Positions 26,392 through 38,515 are shown, numbered from the whole stretch's first letter. The stretch: DNA of 62,960 bases, filler included, from Chiloscyllium plagiosum (GCF_004010195.1; 4 parts of one record of this genome joined end to end with filler, not necessarily neighbours in it), one strand, 5' to 3'. Numbers and translations: made by a program. Notes: generated from the letters alone by a model not told the origin.

Positions 26392-26590
26392 TTGGAGGTG
26401 CCGTGTCGGACTGGGGTGTTAAAAATCACACAACACCAGGTTATAGTCCAACAGGTTCATTTGGAAGCACTAGCTTTCAGAGCACTGCTCCTTCATCAGG
26501 TGGCTGTGTGGATGAAGGAGCGTCGCTCCAAAAGCTAGTGCTTCCAACTAAACCTGTTGGACTATAACCTGGTGTTGTGTGATTTTTAAC
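26392..26590. mobile_element. Palindromic non-autonomous Penelope-derived insertion (two inverted hammerhead arms)
   Basis: gttaaaaatcacacaacaccaggttatagtccaacagg... and ...cctgttggactataacctggtgttgtgtgatttttaac are reverse complements; 14-bp TSD tttaaaattaggat at 26378-26391 and 26591-26604. Confidence 0.85.
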
Positions 26591-26919
26591 TTTAAAATTA
26601 GGATCCTTCCTTCAGGTCAGAGATGAGGAGAAATGGTCTCTCGCAGAGATTGAGAGACTTTAATTTATTCACTCGTGGGCATCATTGGCTGGCCCAGCAT
26701 TTATTGCCCGTCCCCAGTTGCCCCTTGAGAAGGTGGGGTGAGCTGCCTTCTTGAACTGCTGCATTTCACCTGCGGTAAGATGACCCGCAATGACCTTAAG
26801 GAGGGAATTCCAGGATTTTGACCCAGCGCCAGTGAGGGAACGGCGATATATTTCCAAGTCAGGATGATGAGGGACTTGGAGGGGAATTTGCAAGTGGTGG
26901 TGTTCCCATGTATCTGCTG

Positions 26920-27050
26920 GGAGAAAGTGAGGTCTGCAGATGCTGGAGATCAAAGTTGAAACTTTATTGCTGGAACAGCACAGCAGGTCAGGCAGCATCC
27001 AGGGAACAGGAGATTCGACGTTTCGGGCACAGGCCCTTCTTCAGGAATGA
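26920..27050 (-). mobile_element. Short Penelope pLTR insertion nested in a LINE 3' fragment
   Basis: 8-bp TSD atctgctg at 26912-26919 and 27051-27058; host LINE sequence is continuous across it. Confidence 0.8.
27013..27048 (-). ncRNA. Minimal hammerhead ribozyme motif (ACGT stem-III family), intact core
   Basis: Minus strand attc CTGAAGA a GGGC ctgt GCCC GAAA cg TC gaat: 4-bp stem I, 4-bp stem II, GTC cleavage triplet. Confidence 0.8.
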
Positions 27051-28499
27051 ATCTGCTGCCCTTGTCCTTCAAGATGGAATGTCCTGTCTAATGATCCTTG
27101 ATGAATTTCTGCAGTGCATCTTGTAGATAGTACACACTGCTGCTACTGAGCCATCGGTGGTGGAGGGAGTGGATGTTTGTGGATATAGTGCCAATCAAGT
27201 GGGCTGCTTTGTCCTGGATGGTGTCAAAGCTCTTGAGTCCTGACTTGTGGCTTGTCGATGATGGACAGACTTTGGGGAGTCAAGTGGTGAGTGACTGACT
27301 CATTTTGTGATTTTGTAACTCTCTGCCTCAGAGAGTGGTGGTGGCGAATATTTTTAAGCCTGAAGTGGGTATATTCTTGTGAGACAAGGGAATCAAAGAG
27401 GTACATGGGAAGTTCAAAACACAAACAGCCCATGATCTTGGTGAATGACTACTGAATAGTCTACTTTGGGTCCTGATTGTGTATACTGAGGGAGTGCAGC
27501 ATTGCCTGACGTGCCATCTTCTAGATATGGCAATAAGGACATAGTCCCATCAAGTGGACATTAGAAATCACAATGGGGCAATTGAGAGGAAATCAAACCT
27601 GTTGGGAGAGGAACCTTGAATGGGAGTGGGCTTAGGGCAGGTCACCTGGGCAAAGATCAAGCCAAAAATCAGACCCCCGTCTCTAACATCCCAGGACCTG
27701 TAGCCTCTTGACGGAGACAGTTTGAGATTCTCCTAATTTCACTCTTGAACAGTAAATACTGAGGCTTCCTTGTTCTGGATATCCCCAAGGAAGGACTTTC
27801 TGGTCAAACAATCAAATCTGAGCGCTGTCAAACAGTCCATTACAGTCAAGCCAAAGCAGAGTGACTTCAGACAATTACAAATCCAGCATTTCCTTTCGTT
27901 TTCCATATCCACCCACAACCAGGGGTGTAAAACACTGGCACGTGAGAAGTTCAAATAACTCTTTTCTTCAACCTTCAAATGGTTCCTTAACACCATTTCC
28001 ATCCTCACTCTAAAAGTACCAGTTGTGGTGGGAAAGTGGAAGTAAACCCATTGAGAATTCTGATGTCCCTCCCTGCAACTCTCTCAGAAATAACTTCCAG
28101 GGTAATGCAATAAGGAACAGCAGCTGACGCAGAATGAGTCAGAAACAGTCTCTCTCTCGGTTCAATGCAGAGACAGCACAGACTGTGTGGAACTCATTGC
28201 CACATAGGGCTGTGGAGGCCAAGTCCCTGAGTGTACAATAGTCCCCCCATAGCCGCTGGGGATACCTTCCAAGACCCATCCCAGAAGCCTGAAACAGTCT
28301 CCTGGTCCCTGGTTCTGAAACCTTCCCTATAATATGTTTGGGCCATGGTAAACCACGGAAACCAGACCCATGGATACAGGGGTCACCCTGTATTTAAGAC
28401 CAAGACAGACAGGTTCTTCATTAGGAAGGGGATTAAAGGAGCAATGGGGGTTGAGAAGCACATCAGCCATGGTTGAATGGCTGAGCAGACTCACTGCAT

Positions 28500-28811
28500 C
28501 TATTCCTTACAGTGTGGAAGCAGGCCATTCAGCCCATTGGCCCTCCAAAGACCATCCCACCCAGACACCTCCCCCCAACCTTATTCCCTGTAATCCTGCA
28601 TTTCTCATGGTTAACCCACCTAGCCTGCACAATTTCGCATGGCCAATTCACCTGACCTGCCCATCTTTGGACTGTGAGAGGAAACCGGAGCACCCGGAGG
28701 AAACCCGCGCAGACACAGGGAGAACGTGCAAACTCCATGCAATCACCCGAGGGTGGATTTGAACCTAGACCCCCTGGTGCTGAGAGGCAGCGGTGCTAAC
28801 CGCTGAGCCAC
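28500..28811 (-). mobile_element. HE1-like V-SINE
   Basis: V-domain gaaaccggagcacccggaggaaaccc.cgcagacac and tRNA head. Confidence 0.85.
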
Positions 28812-29145
28812 ACCTATACCTTCTGCTCTTATACAGAGGGAGTGCTGCACTGAGGGAGGACAGCACAGAAGATGCATAACAGCAAGGGAGGGGAGAGCTG
28901 AGGGACAGCTGCTTGGTCAGAGCCAAGGGTTTTAAACAGAAATCTCAGGCGAAGATGTGGTATGGACCGGCGCTATGTGAGAGAAGTGTAGAGGCACCTC
29001 ACAGTATCCCATCAATCTTTACCCAGGAACAGATTCATTTTGATGAGATCATTAGCTCATTTCAAGTTACTGTCCTTCAGTACACGTGACAAGATTACAA
29101 TGGCCTGTGAAGGACCTTACAGTTCACCCAACTAATGACACCAAG

Positions 29146-32100
29146 TGTGGACAGGGCTGTGAGGGGACTGACCACCGGGTGGGACAGGGCTGTGAGGGGA
29201 CTGACCACAGGGTGGGACAGGGCTGTGAGGGCACTGACCACAGGGTGGGACCGGGTTGTGAGGGCACTGACCACAGGGTGGGACCGGGCTGTGAGGGCAC
29301 TGACCACTGGGTGGGACCGGGCTGTGAAGGCACTGACCACCGGGTGGGACAGGGCTGTGAGGGCACTGACCACCGGGTGGGACAGGGCTGTGAGGGCACT
29401 GACCGCAGGGTGGGACAGGGCTGTGAGGGGATTGACCACAGGGTGGGACAGGGCTGTGAGGGGATGACCACTGGGTGGGACAGGGCTGTGAGGGGATTGA
29501 CCACAGGGTGGGACAGGGCTGTGAGGGGAGTGGCCACAGGGTGGGACAGGGCTGTGAGGGGACTGACCACAGAGTGGGACAGGGCTGTGAGGGGACTGAC
29601 CACAGAGTGGGACAGGGCTGTGAGGGGACTGACCACAGAGTGGGACAGGGCTGTGAGGGGACTGACCACAGAGTGGGACAGGGCTGTGAGGGGACTGACC
29701 ACAGAGTGGGACAGGGCTGTGAGGGGACTGACCACAGAGTGGGACAGGGCTGTGAGGGGACTGACCACAGGGTGGGACAGGGCTGTGAGGGGATTGACCA
29801 CAGGGTGGGACAGGGCTGTGAGGGGATTGACCACAGGGTGGGACAGGGCTGTGAGGGGATTGACCACAGGGTGGGACAGGGCTGTGAGGGGATTGACCAC
29901 AGGGTGGGACAGGGCTGTGAGGGGATTGACCACAGGGTGGGACAGGGCTGTGAGGGGATGACCACTGAGTGGGACAGGGCTGTGAGGGGATGACCACTGA
30001 GTGGGACAGGGCTGTGAGGGGATGACCACTGAGTGGGACAGGGCTGTGAGGGGATGACCACTGAGTGGGACAGGGCTGTGAGGGGATGACCACTGAGTGG
30101 GACAGGGCTGTGAGGGGATGACCACTGAGTGGGACAGGGCTGTGAGGGGATGACCACTGAGTGGGACAGGGCTGTGAGGGGATGACCACTGAGTGGGACA
30201 GGGCTGTGAGGGGATGACCACTGAGTGGGACAGGGCTGTGAGGGGATGACCACTGAGTGGGACAGGGCTGTGAGGGCACTGGCCACCGGGTGGGACAGGG
30301 CTGTGAGGGCACTGGCCACCGGGTGGGACAGGGCTGTGAGGGCACTGGCCACCGGGTGGGACAGGGCTGTGAGGGCACTGGCCACCGGGTGGGACAGGGC
30401 TGTGAGGGCACTGGCCACCGGGTGGGACAGGGCTGTGAGGGCACTGGCCACCGGGTGGGACAGGGCTGTGAGGGCACTGGCCACCGGGTGGGACAGGGCT
30501 GTGAGGGCACTGGCCACCGGGTGGGACAGGGCTGTGAGGGCACTGGCCACCGGGTGGGACAGGGCTGTGAGGGCACTGGCCACCGGGTGGGACAGGGCTG
30601 TGAGGGCACTGACCGCAGGGTGGGACAGGGCTGTGAGGGGATTGACCACAGGGTGGGACAGGGCTGTGAGGGGATGACCACTGGGTGGGACAGGGCTGTG
30701 AGGGGATGACCACTGGGTGGGACAGGGCTGTGAGGGGATGACCACTGGGTGGGACAGGGCTGTGAGGGGATGACCACTGGGTGGGACAGGGCTGTGAGGG
30801 GATGACCACTGGGTGGGACAGGGCTGTGAGGGGATGACCACTGGGTGGGACAGGGCTGTGAGGGGATGACCACTGGGTGGGACAGGGCTGTGAGGGGATG
30901 ACCACTGGGTGGGACAGGGCTGTGAGGGGATTGACCACAGGGTGGGACAGGGCTGTGAGGGGATGACCACTGGGTGGGACAGGGCTGTGAGGGGATGACC
31001 ACTGGGTGGGACAGGGCTGTGAGGGGATGACCACTGGGTGGGACAGGGCTGTGAGGGGATGACCACTGGGTGGGACAGGGCTGTGAGGGGATGACCACTG
31101 GGTGGGACAGGGCTGTGAGGGGATGACCACTGGGTGGGACAGGGCTGTGAGGGGATGACCACTGGGTGGGACAGGGCTGTGAGGGGATGACCACTGGGTG
31201 GGACAGGGCTGTGAGGGGATTGACCACAGGGTGGGACAGGGCTGTGAGGGGATGACCACTGGGTGGGACAGGGCTGTGAGGGGATGACCACTGGGTGGGA
31301 CAGGGCTGTGAGGGGATGACCACTGGGTGGGACAGGGCTGTGAGGGGATGACCACTGGGTGGGACAGGGCTGTGAGGGGATGACCACTGGGTGGGACAGG
31401 GCTGTGAGGGGATGACCACTGGGTGGGACAGGGCTGTGAGGGGATGACCACTGGGTGGGACAGGGCTGTGAGGGGATGACCACTGGGTGGGACAGGGCTG
31501 TGAGGGGATTGACCACAGGGTGGGACAGGGCTGTGAGGGGATGACCACTGGGTGGGACAGGGCTGTGAGGGGATGACCACTGGGTGGGACAGGGCTGTGA
31601 GGGGATGACCACTGGGTGGGACAGGGCTGTGAGGGGATGACCACTGGGTGGGACAGGGCTGTGAGGGGATGACCACTGGGTGGGACAGGGCTGTGAGGGG
31701 ATGACCACTGGGTGGGACAGGGCTGTGAGGGGATGACCACTGGGTGGGACAGGGCTGTGAGGGGATGACCACTGGGTGGGACAGGGCTGTGAGGGGATTG
31801 ACCACAGGGTGGGACAGGGCTGTGAGGGGATGACCACTGGGTGGGACAGGGCTGTGAGGGGATGACCACTGGGTGGGACAGGGCTGTGAGGGGATGACCA
31901 CTGGGTGGGACAGGGCTGTGAGGGGATGACCACTGGGTGGGACAGGGCTGTGAGGGGATGACCACTGGGTGGGACAGGGCTGTGAGGGGATGACCACTGG
32001 GTGGGACAGGGCTGTGAGGGGATGACCACTGGGTGGGACAGGGCTGTGAGGGGATGACCACTGGGTGGGACAGGGCTGTGAGGGGATTGACCACAGGGTG

Positions 32101-32471
32101 GGACAGGGCTGTGAGGGGATGACCACTGGGTGGGACAGGGCTGTGAGGGGATGACCACTGGGTGGGACAGGGCTGTGAGGGGATGACCACTGGGTGGGAC
32201 AGGGCTGTGAGGGGATGACCACTGGGTGGGACAGGGCTGTGAGGGGATGACCACTGGGTGGGACAGGGCTGTGAGGGGATGACCACTGGGTGGGACAGGG
32301 CTGTGAGGGGATGACCACTGGGTGGGACAGGGCTGTGAGGGGATGACCACTGGGTGGGACAGGGCTGTGAGGGGATTGACCACAGGGTGGGACAGGGCTG
32401 TGAGGGGATGACCACTGGGTGGGACAGGGCTGTGAGGGGATGACCACTGGGTGGGACAGGGCTGTGAGGGA
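29146..32471. repeat. G-rich minisatellite, about 100 units of 32/33 bp (gtgggacagggctgtgaggggatgaccactgg), with a 289-bp higher-order repeat
   Basis: Directly visible; the >1000-aa ORFs in the track are artefacts of this array. Confidence 0.98.
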
Positions 32472-32637
32472 CACACAACCACCCACACATCCCCCTCACA
32501 CTGACACACAACCCCCACACACACACACCCTCGCACTGACACACTACCCCCCCCACACACACAGACACATACAACCCAAACAGGCACACCCTCCCACAGA
32601 CACACAACCCCACACACACACTCTCACACAGACACAC
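32472..32637. repeat. (CA)-rich low-complexity tract
   Basis: Directly visible. Confidence 0.9.
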
Positions 32638-33309
32638 TGGTGCTGGTGTGGACTAGAGTCAAGATCTACTGTGGACTGGAGGCGAGGTGCTGGTGTGGAC
32701 TGGTTTATAGCCTCAGAAAGTTGCCTGGCAGAGGAACGGAATTGGTGTAAACATGAAAACTAACACTGCTGTTTCTTGATGACGCTGTGTAGGGGACAGT
32801 TTGGAAATGAGATATTGAAAGGAATCTATTTCTCCACCAGACAGGCACCTGCCCTAACCTTGCTGGAGAAATCCTCACTGAGCAAACTAATGGGATACAA
32901 ATAGAAAGCGTTTCAACACAAAAAGGGGGCCACAGAATATTGGAGCATTCTTCCAGATTGATGCTGGACCCTTGCTCCTTTTGAGCCTGGGATTGGTCAA
33001 TTTCTGTTGAGGGCCATGGGCAAAGGAGGGTCCATGGAATTCAGTGACAGACTATCCATGGACTTACTGAGTGGTGAGACAGGCCCCGAGGAGTTGGGGA
33101 ATGGTCCGATAGCTGCTTCCCACATTCCGGAGAGGATGTGCTTGCTAAGATGTGATCAGCGTGCTGCGATATGGTACCTCTCCCTGGGCCAACACCGTGT
33201 CAGTGAGAACCACCTGATTCCCAGCCTAGTGGGAGAAAGCTGTCTCAGGAGCTTACACAGCACTAACGTTAACAGTGCGGTGAACGGTACCCGCACTAGG
33301 AAAGTAAAT

Positions 33310-33720
33310 GCGACATATCTATCGCAACTTTCTCCCTGCCTGGACATCCCAAAGTGCTTTGTGAAATGATTCTGAATTGTCACCGCTATTGCGAGGTGAC
33401 ACCAGTTTGGACACAGCAAGATCCCATAAACAACAATGTGGTAATGACTGGATGCTCTAATTTCAATCACATTGCTTAAGGGATAAATATTGACCAATGC
33501 CTCAGTGAGAACCCTGCCCCTGTTCTTTATCAAAACAGCATCATTGGATTCATGTGATCGATTCACTTGAGAGGGCAGATAATGTTTGATTCAAAAGACA
33601 GTGCCTGTGACAGTGCAGCACTTTCTAAGTACTGCATTGGAGTGTCAGGCTAAATTTCTGTGCTCAAGACTCTGTTCGGGGTCTCGCATACGCAAGTTTC
33701 CAACTTAAGTGCGAGCTCCA
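33310..33720 (-). mobile_element. Degenerate DeuSINE (SacSINE1-like)
   Basis: agggataaatattg.cca...gagagggcaga...aaagacagtgcctgtgacagtgcagcact..c.agtactgcattggagtgtcag. A plus-strand relic also lies at about 27483-27590. Confidence 0.6.
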
Positions 33721-34337
33721 TCCAAATTGAACACATTTATTCAGATGTAAAAGCAGAAAATGCTTGAAAAAAGCCCAGTAACTCTGGCAGCATCTGTGAA
33801 GAGAGAAATTGAGTCCAAATGACGTTTCTTCAGAATGTCCTGAAAAGGTTCATTCACCCCAAAGCGTTAACTCTGCCTTCTCCTCACAGATGCTGGGTTT
33901 GTCCAGCACTTTCTACTTTTATTTCAGATTTCCAGCATCCATGGTATTGTGCTTGTATTTTACACGGGTAACTGAATTGAGAATGTGGACTTGGGGAGCA
34001 GTAAACCAGTGAGGGAAAACAGTGAGTGAGGAGAGGTGAGCCATCAAATAATGAATCTCTGCAAAACCAGCCCATCACAAAAATACAGCTTCCCATTCTG
34101 GGGTTGTCATGGAGACATAGGAAGTGCTGGACACAGAAAAACCAAAGTCCATTTTGTTCACCATCTAACATCGTGGGGAAATGATCCAACAATGTTTTTG
34201 TTGGTCAGATATAGCAATCAAGTATTCACAGATGGGTCTCCAGAAATTTGTCAGTATTTACTGGGGGTCCCGGGGGGGGACGTCTGTCAGTATTTACAAG
34301 GGGTCCCGAGGGGAGTGTGTCAGTATTTACAGGGGAA

Positions 34338-34437
34338 NNNNNNNNNNNNNNNNNNNNNNNNNNNNNNNNNNNNNNNNNNNNTTAATTAATTAANNNNNNN
34401 NNNNNNNNNNNNNNNNNNNNNNNNNNNNNNNNNNNNN
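34338..34437. other. Artificial scaffold linker 44N-TTAATTAATTAA-44N
   Basis: Same 100-nt structure as 13371-13470. Confidence 0.9.
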
Positions 34438-34501
34438 TACTGAGCTGAAACTTTATTGCTGGAACAGCACAGCAGGTCAGACAGCATCTTTCTCATTCCT
34501 G

Positions 34502-34679
34502 ACTGTCTGTCTCTTTCTCTCTCTCTTTCTCTCTGTCTCTGTCTGTCTGTCTGTCTCTATCTGTCCGTCTGGCTGTCTCTCTCTGTCTGTCTGTCTGTAT
34601 CTGTCTGTCTCTCTCTTTCTCTCTCTCTGTCTATCTGTCTGTCTCTCTCTTTCTCTCTCTCTGTCTGTCTGTCTGTCTC
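34502..34679. repeat. (CT)/(CTGT)n microsatellite
   Basis: Directly visible. Confidence 0.95.
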
Positions 34680-35025
34680 ACCACCATCCAAGGCAAAGCA
34701 GACCCCACCCTGGAAGGGCCCCACCGTCAGCCCCCACCCTGATGGGGAGGATCAATTGCTACATCAGCTGGTCCCCAGGAGGGAGACGGTGAGGGAGCGA
34801 GTGTTCCTGCAGAGAGCAGTATGAGGTGCCAGATCGGCCCTTCGTGCTGCCATTACTCAGGAATGTTCGGATATTTGAAGCTGATTCCCAGGACAATAAG
34901 GAGCATCAATGACTAGAGACAGTTGGGAAAGTGGAGTTAAAGCCACAATCAGGAAATTGGGAGAGGAGCTTCGACCAACTGAAAGGCCCATTCCTGCTCC
35001 ACTCCTTATAACCGAGGGGAGGGGG

Positions 35026-35603
35026 GATTGGGGAATATGGATCGGGAATATTGGGGAACATGGATCGGGAATATTGGGGAACATGGATCGGGGGGATTGG
35101 GGAATATGGATCGGGGTGATTGGGGAATATGGATCGGGGGATTGGGGAATATGGATCGGCAATATGGATCGGGAATATTGGGGAATATGGATCATGAATA
35201 TTGGGGAATATGGATGGTGGAGATTGGGGAATATAGATCGGGAATATTGAGGAATATGGACCGGGAATATTGGGGAATATGGATCGGGGTGATTGGGTAA
35301 TATGGATCGGGAATATTGGGGAATATGGATCAGGAATATTGGGGAATCTGGATCGTGGGGGAGTTGCGGAATATGGATCGGGAATATTGCAAACTATGGA
35401 TCAGGAGTAGATTGGGGAATATGGATTGGGAATATTGAGGAATATGGATGGGAGATTGGGGAATATCTATCGGGAATATTGAGGAATATCGATCGGGAGA
35501 TTGGGGAATATGGATTAGAGACAGAGGGAATTGGGGAAAATGGATTAGGGACAGAAGGAATTAGGGAATATGTTTTTGGGGGAGGGGATTGGGGAATATG
35601 GAA
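35026..35603. repeat. About 22-23-bp minisatellite (attggggaatatggatcgggaat), degenerating rightwards
   Basis: Directly visible. Confidence 0.9.
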
Positions 35604-35608
35604 TCAGA

Positions 35609-35903
35609 GGGTGATGATGGTTGTAGTGATGTTGGTGATAATGATGGTTAAGATTACAGTAGTGATGTTGAAGGTGTTAGTTATAATGGTTATGGTTATG
35701 GTGGTGATGGTAGTTATGATGTTAGTCATGTTGATGGCGATGATGACAGTTATGGTGGTAGTGGTAGTAATGGTGACTACGATGGTGGTGATGGTGGAGG
35801 ATATTATTGTTATGGTGATGGTTGTTATGGTGATGGTAGAGGATATGATGGTCGTGATGGTCCTGATCGTTGTGGTCCTGGTGATGATGGCAACGCTGGT
35901 GAT
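35609..35903. repeat. Degenerate (GGT/GAT)n trinucleotide tract
   Basis: Directly visible; gives spurious poly-V/M and poly-T/I ORFs. Confidence 0.9.
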
Positions 35904-36451
35904 CACTTCAGGGAACATCTCCGGGACACCCGCACCAATCAACCACACCACCCCATGGCCCAACATTTCATCTCCTCCGCCCACTCTGCCGAGGACATGC
36001 AGGTCCTGGGCCTCCTTCACCACCGCTCCCTCACCACCCGACACCTGGAGGAAGAACACCTCATCTTCCGTCTCGGAACACTTCACCCCCAGGGCATCAA
36101 TGTGGACTTCAACAGTTTCCTCATTTCCCCTTCCCCCCACCTTACCCCAGTTCCAACCTCCCAGCTCAGCACCGTCTCCATGACCTGTCCTACCTGCCAA
36201 TCTCCCTTCCCAACTATCCACTCCACCCTCCTCTCTGACCTATCACCTCCATCCCCACCCCCATCCACCTATTGTACTCTTTGCTACCTTCTCCCCAGCC
36301 CCACCCCACCCCCCCTCACATTTATCTCTCCACCTCGGAGGCTCCCTGCCTCTATTCCTGATGAAGGGCATTTGCCCGAAACGTCGATTTTCCTGCTCCT
36401 CGGACGCTGCCTGACCTGCTGTGCTCTTCCAGCACCACTCTCATGTAGACT
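35904..36451 (+). mobile_element. Penelope-like element 3' fragment (GIY-YIG C-terminus plus pLTR with hammerhead)
   Basis: Encodes HFREHLRDTRTNQPHHPMAQHF...HSAEDMQVLGL...EEEHLIFRLGTLHPQGINVDF; flanked by direct repeat ctggtgat (35896-35903 and 36452-36459). Confidence 0.85.
36355..36388 (+). ncRNA. Minimal hammerhead ribozyme motif (ACGT family) directly 3' of a Penelope GIY-YIG ORF end
   Basis: ttc CTGATGA a GGGC attt GCCC GAAA cg TC gat; lies about 240 nt after ...LGTLHPQGINVDF. Confidence 0.78.
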
Positions 36452-37755
36452 CTGGTGATGATGGTGTGTTTGGAGTACATTGTTTTAAGAACTATATGGA
36501 AAATACTGGATGATTTTGGAATATTTTGAAATCCAGTACATTGGGAAAAGTTTTAACATGTGATTTCTCCGAAACTGAAGTCAACAGTTTCTACTGGAAA
36601 ACACATCACATTGGAGAAGCAGCCTAGCAAAGCTTTCAAGGCGATACGATAGTTCAATGCCTTAATTATTGAAAAACAAAAGATTGGCTTCCAGGAACCC
36701 GTTCTGCAGACTCAAAGTCAGAGGAAGAAAGACACCACAGAAGCTGTCAACCTCCCTCATAACATTCTCAGAACCTCCTGAACTCTGATTGAATTTCCAA
36801 CTTCCAGTACTCCTGTCTGCCTAATCAAATCTGAAGGCGCAGACTGTGCCAATTCAGAGAGACTAGAATCTCCAGCTGTCAGCAATTCAGCTCTCATTCA
36901 CAGGAAATCCAGAGGCTGTGACAAACCATCTCATTCCATCGTTTGCTTTCAGAGTCCTGATCCACAGAGTTCATTTCCTCAATTTTTCCTTTCCTTTTTA
37001 AGAAACATCATCTCTGAAGGGACTAAAGGAAACGTGTCGGTATGTGGGACGAAGGAAACGTAGATTTAATTGCAGGTGGGAGCTTTGGCATTACTCAGAG
37101 TTTGTTACTTGTTCTGAGAAAGAAAAGTGTTCAAAATAAATTATGTCGAGGGAACCTGGCAGAGATTCCTGCAGCAATAGCTGTAAAGGAGGAGGCGAAA
37201 GGGAGAGGCTAGGTTTGTGAAGTTACAATCACAAGGGAAGTAAGAACATTTCTGGAGTAGTGGCTGACAAATCTTCAGGTAAATATCGATCTGACCTGAA
37301 TGTCTTGAGAGGTGGAGAACATAGTAATATGGTGTTAGTTTTCCAAACTTTTCTAGATTCAGAAAAGATTCCAGTGGCCAGCAAAGAACTAAGGGAAACC
37401 GTTGTATTCATCAATGTCGGGAAACAGAAAGCCAGAAACTAGAGATGGGTTAGCCTGAGGGAAATGATTCGAATCGATCATTTCAGAGAGCGTCACCACA
37501 CACTTCGAAAAGCTCAAGATAATCAGGAAGAGTCTGCATTGATTTGTCAGGAGGGAAACAATGTTTGACCAATTTATCAGAGTTCTTTGAAGAAGTAACG
37601 TGCTTTGGATAAAAGGGAGCCTGGAGATGTACTGAAACAGGATTTCTAGAAAGTAATCAGTAAGCTGCCACTACTTTAGAGGCATAGAACTGTACAGCAT
37701 GGAAACAGACCCTTCGGCCCAACTCGTCCATGCTGACCAGGTATCCTTAATTAAC

Positions 37756-38515
37756 CTTGTTCCAGATGTAGGTTTGCTTGCTGAGCTGGAAGGTTCATTT
37801 TCAGATGTTTGTCACCATAACTAGGTAACATCTTTAGTGAGCCTCCGGACAAAGCACTCCTGGTGTGTCCTACTTTCTATTTATATGGTTGGGTTTCCTT
37901 GGGTTGGTGATGTCATTTCCTGTGATCATGTAATTTCCTGTGATGAAGTTATTTCCTGTTCTTTTTCTCGGGGGTGGTAGATGGCGTCTAACTCGATGTG
38001 TTTGTTGATAGAGTTCCCATTGGAAAGCCATGCTTCTAGGAATTCTCGTGCATGTATCTGATTGGCTTGTCCTAGTTGGATGCGCGACCAGGTAAAATGC
38101 ATCCAGACACCCTGGCCACTCTCCCCTACGTCAAAGACATCTCAGAAATGACTGCCAGACTACTCAGACCCCTTGGCATCATGGTAGCACACAAACCCAC
38201 CAATACACTAAAACAGCAGCTAATGAACTTGAAAAACCCCATACAGACAACAAGCAAAACTAATGTCATTTACAAAATACATTGCAAGAGCTGTAACAAA
38301 TGAAATGACATCACCACAGGAAATGACATTACCAACCCAAGGAAACCCAAACATATAAATAGAAAGCAGGAAACACCAGCAGTGCTTTGTCCGGAGGCTC
38401 ACTGAAGATGTTATCTAGTTATGGTAACAAAACGCCTGAAAATGAACCTTCCAGCTCAGCGAGCAAACCTACATCCAGAACCTCAACCCAAGCTACAAAT
38501 CTTCTCAAAACTTGT
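37756..38515. mobile_element. Penelope-like element with inverted pLTR arms, inserted into a CR1 3' tail
   Basis: About 37762-37925 is the reverse complement of about 38302-38478. Plus-strand ORF TLPYVKDISE...VAHKPTNTL...NVIYKIHCKSC (linker and GIY start); minus-strand AREFLEAW..SINKHIELD. The host CR1 tail resumes at ttaatctagtcccatttg. Confidence 0.85.

Noticed and set aside
27670..27775. Minus-strand RKPQYLLF resembling the calpain NPQF motif
   Set aside because: No phase-compatible acceptor, no downstream LxQK or IGF motif, and an in-frame stop.
29146..32471. CRISPR-like appearance (about 21-bp constant part plus variable part)
   Set aside because: The variable parts are only 11-12 nt and are themselves repeated; eukaryotic context with no cas genes.
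29086..32637. Very long ORFs (up to 1180 aa) on both strands
   Set aside because: They arise from the stop-poor 32/33-bp minisatellite; all three minus frames are open and there is no domain content.
34682..34806. Exon-like segment encoding ..SLTVSLL..
   Set aside because: Stops in all frames and only trivial similarity to CBSW.
35293..36221. Hydrophobic poly-V/M and poly-T/I ORFs
   Set aside because: Translation of a minisatellite and a (GGT/GAT)n tract running into a Penelope fragment.
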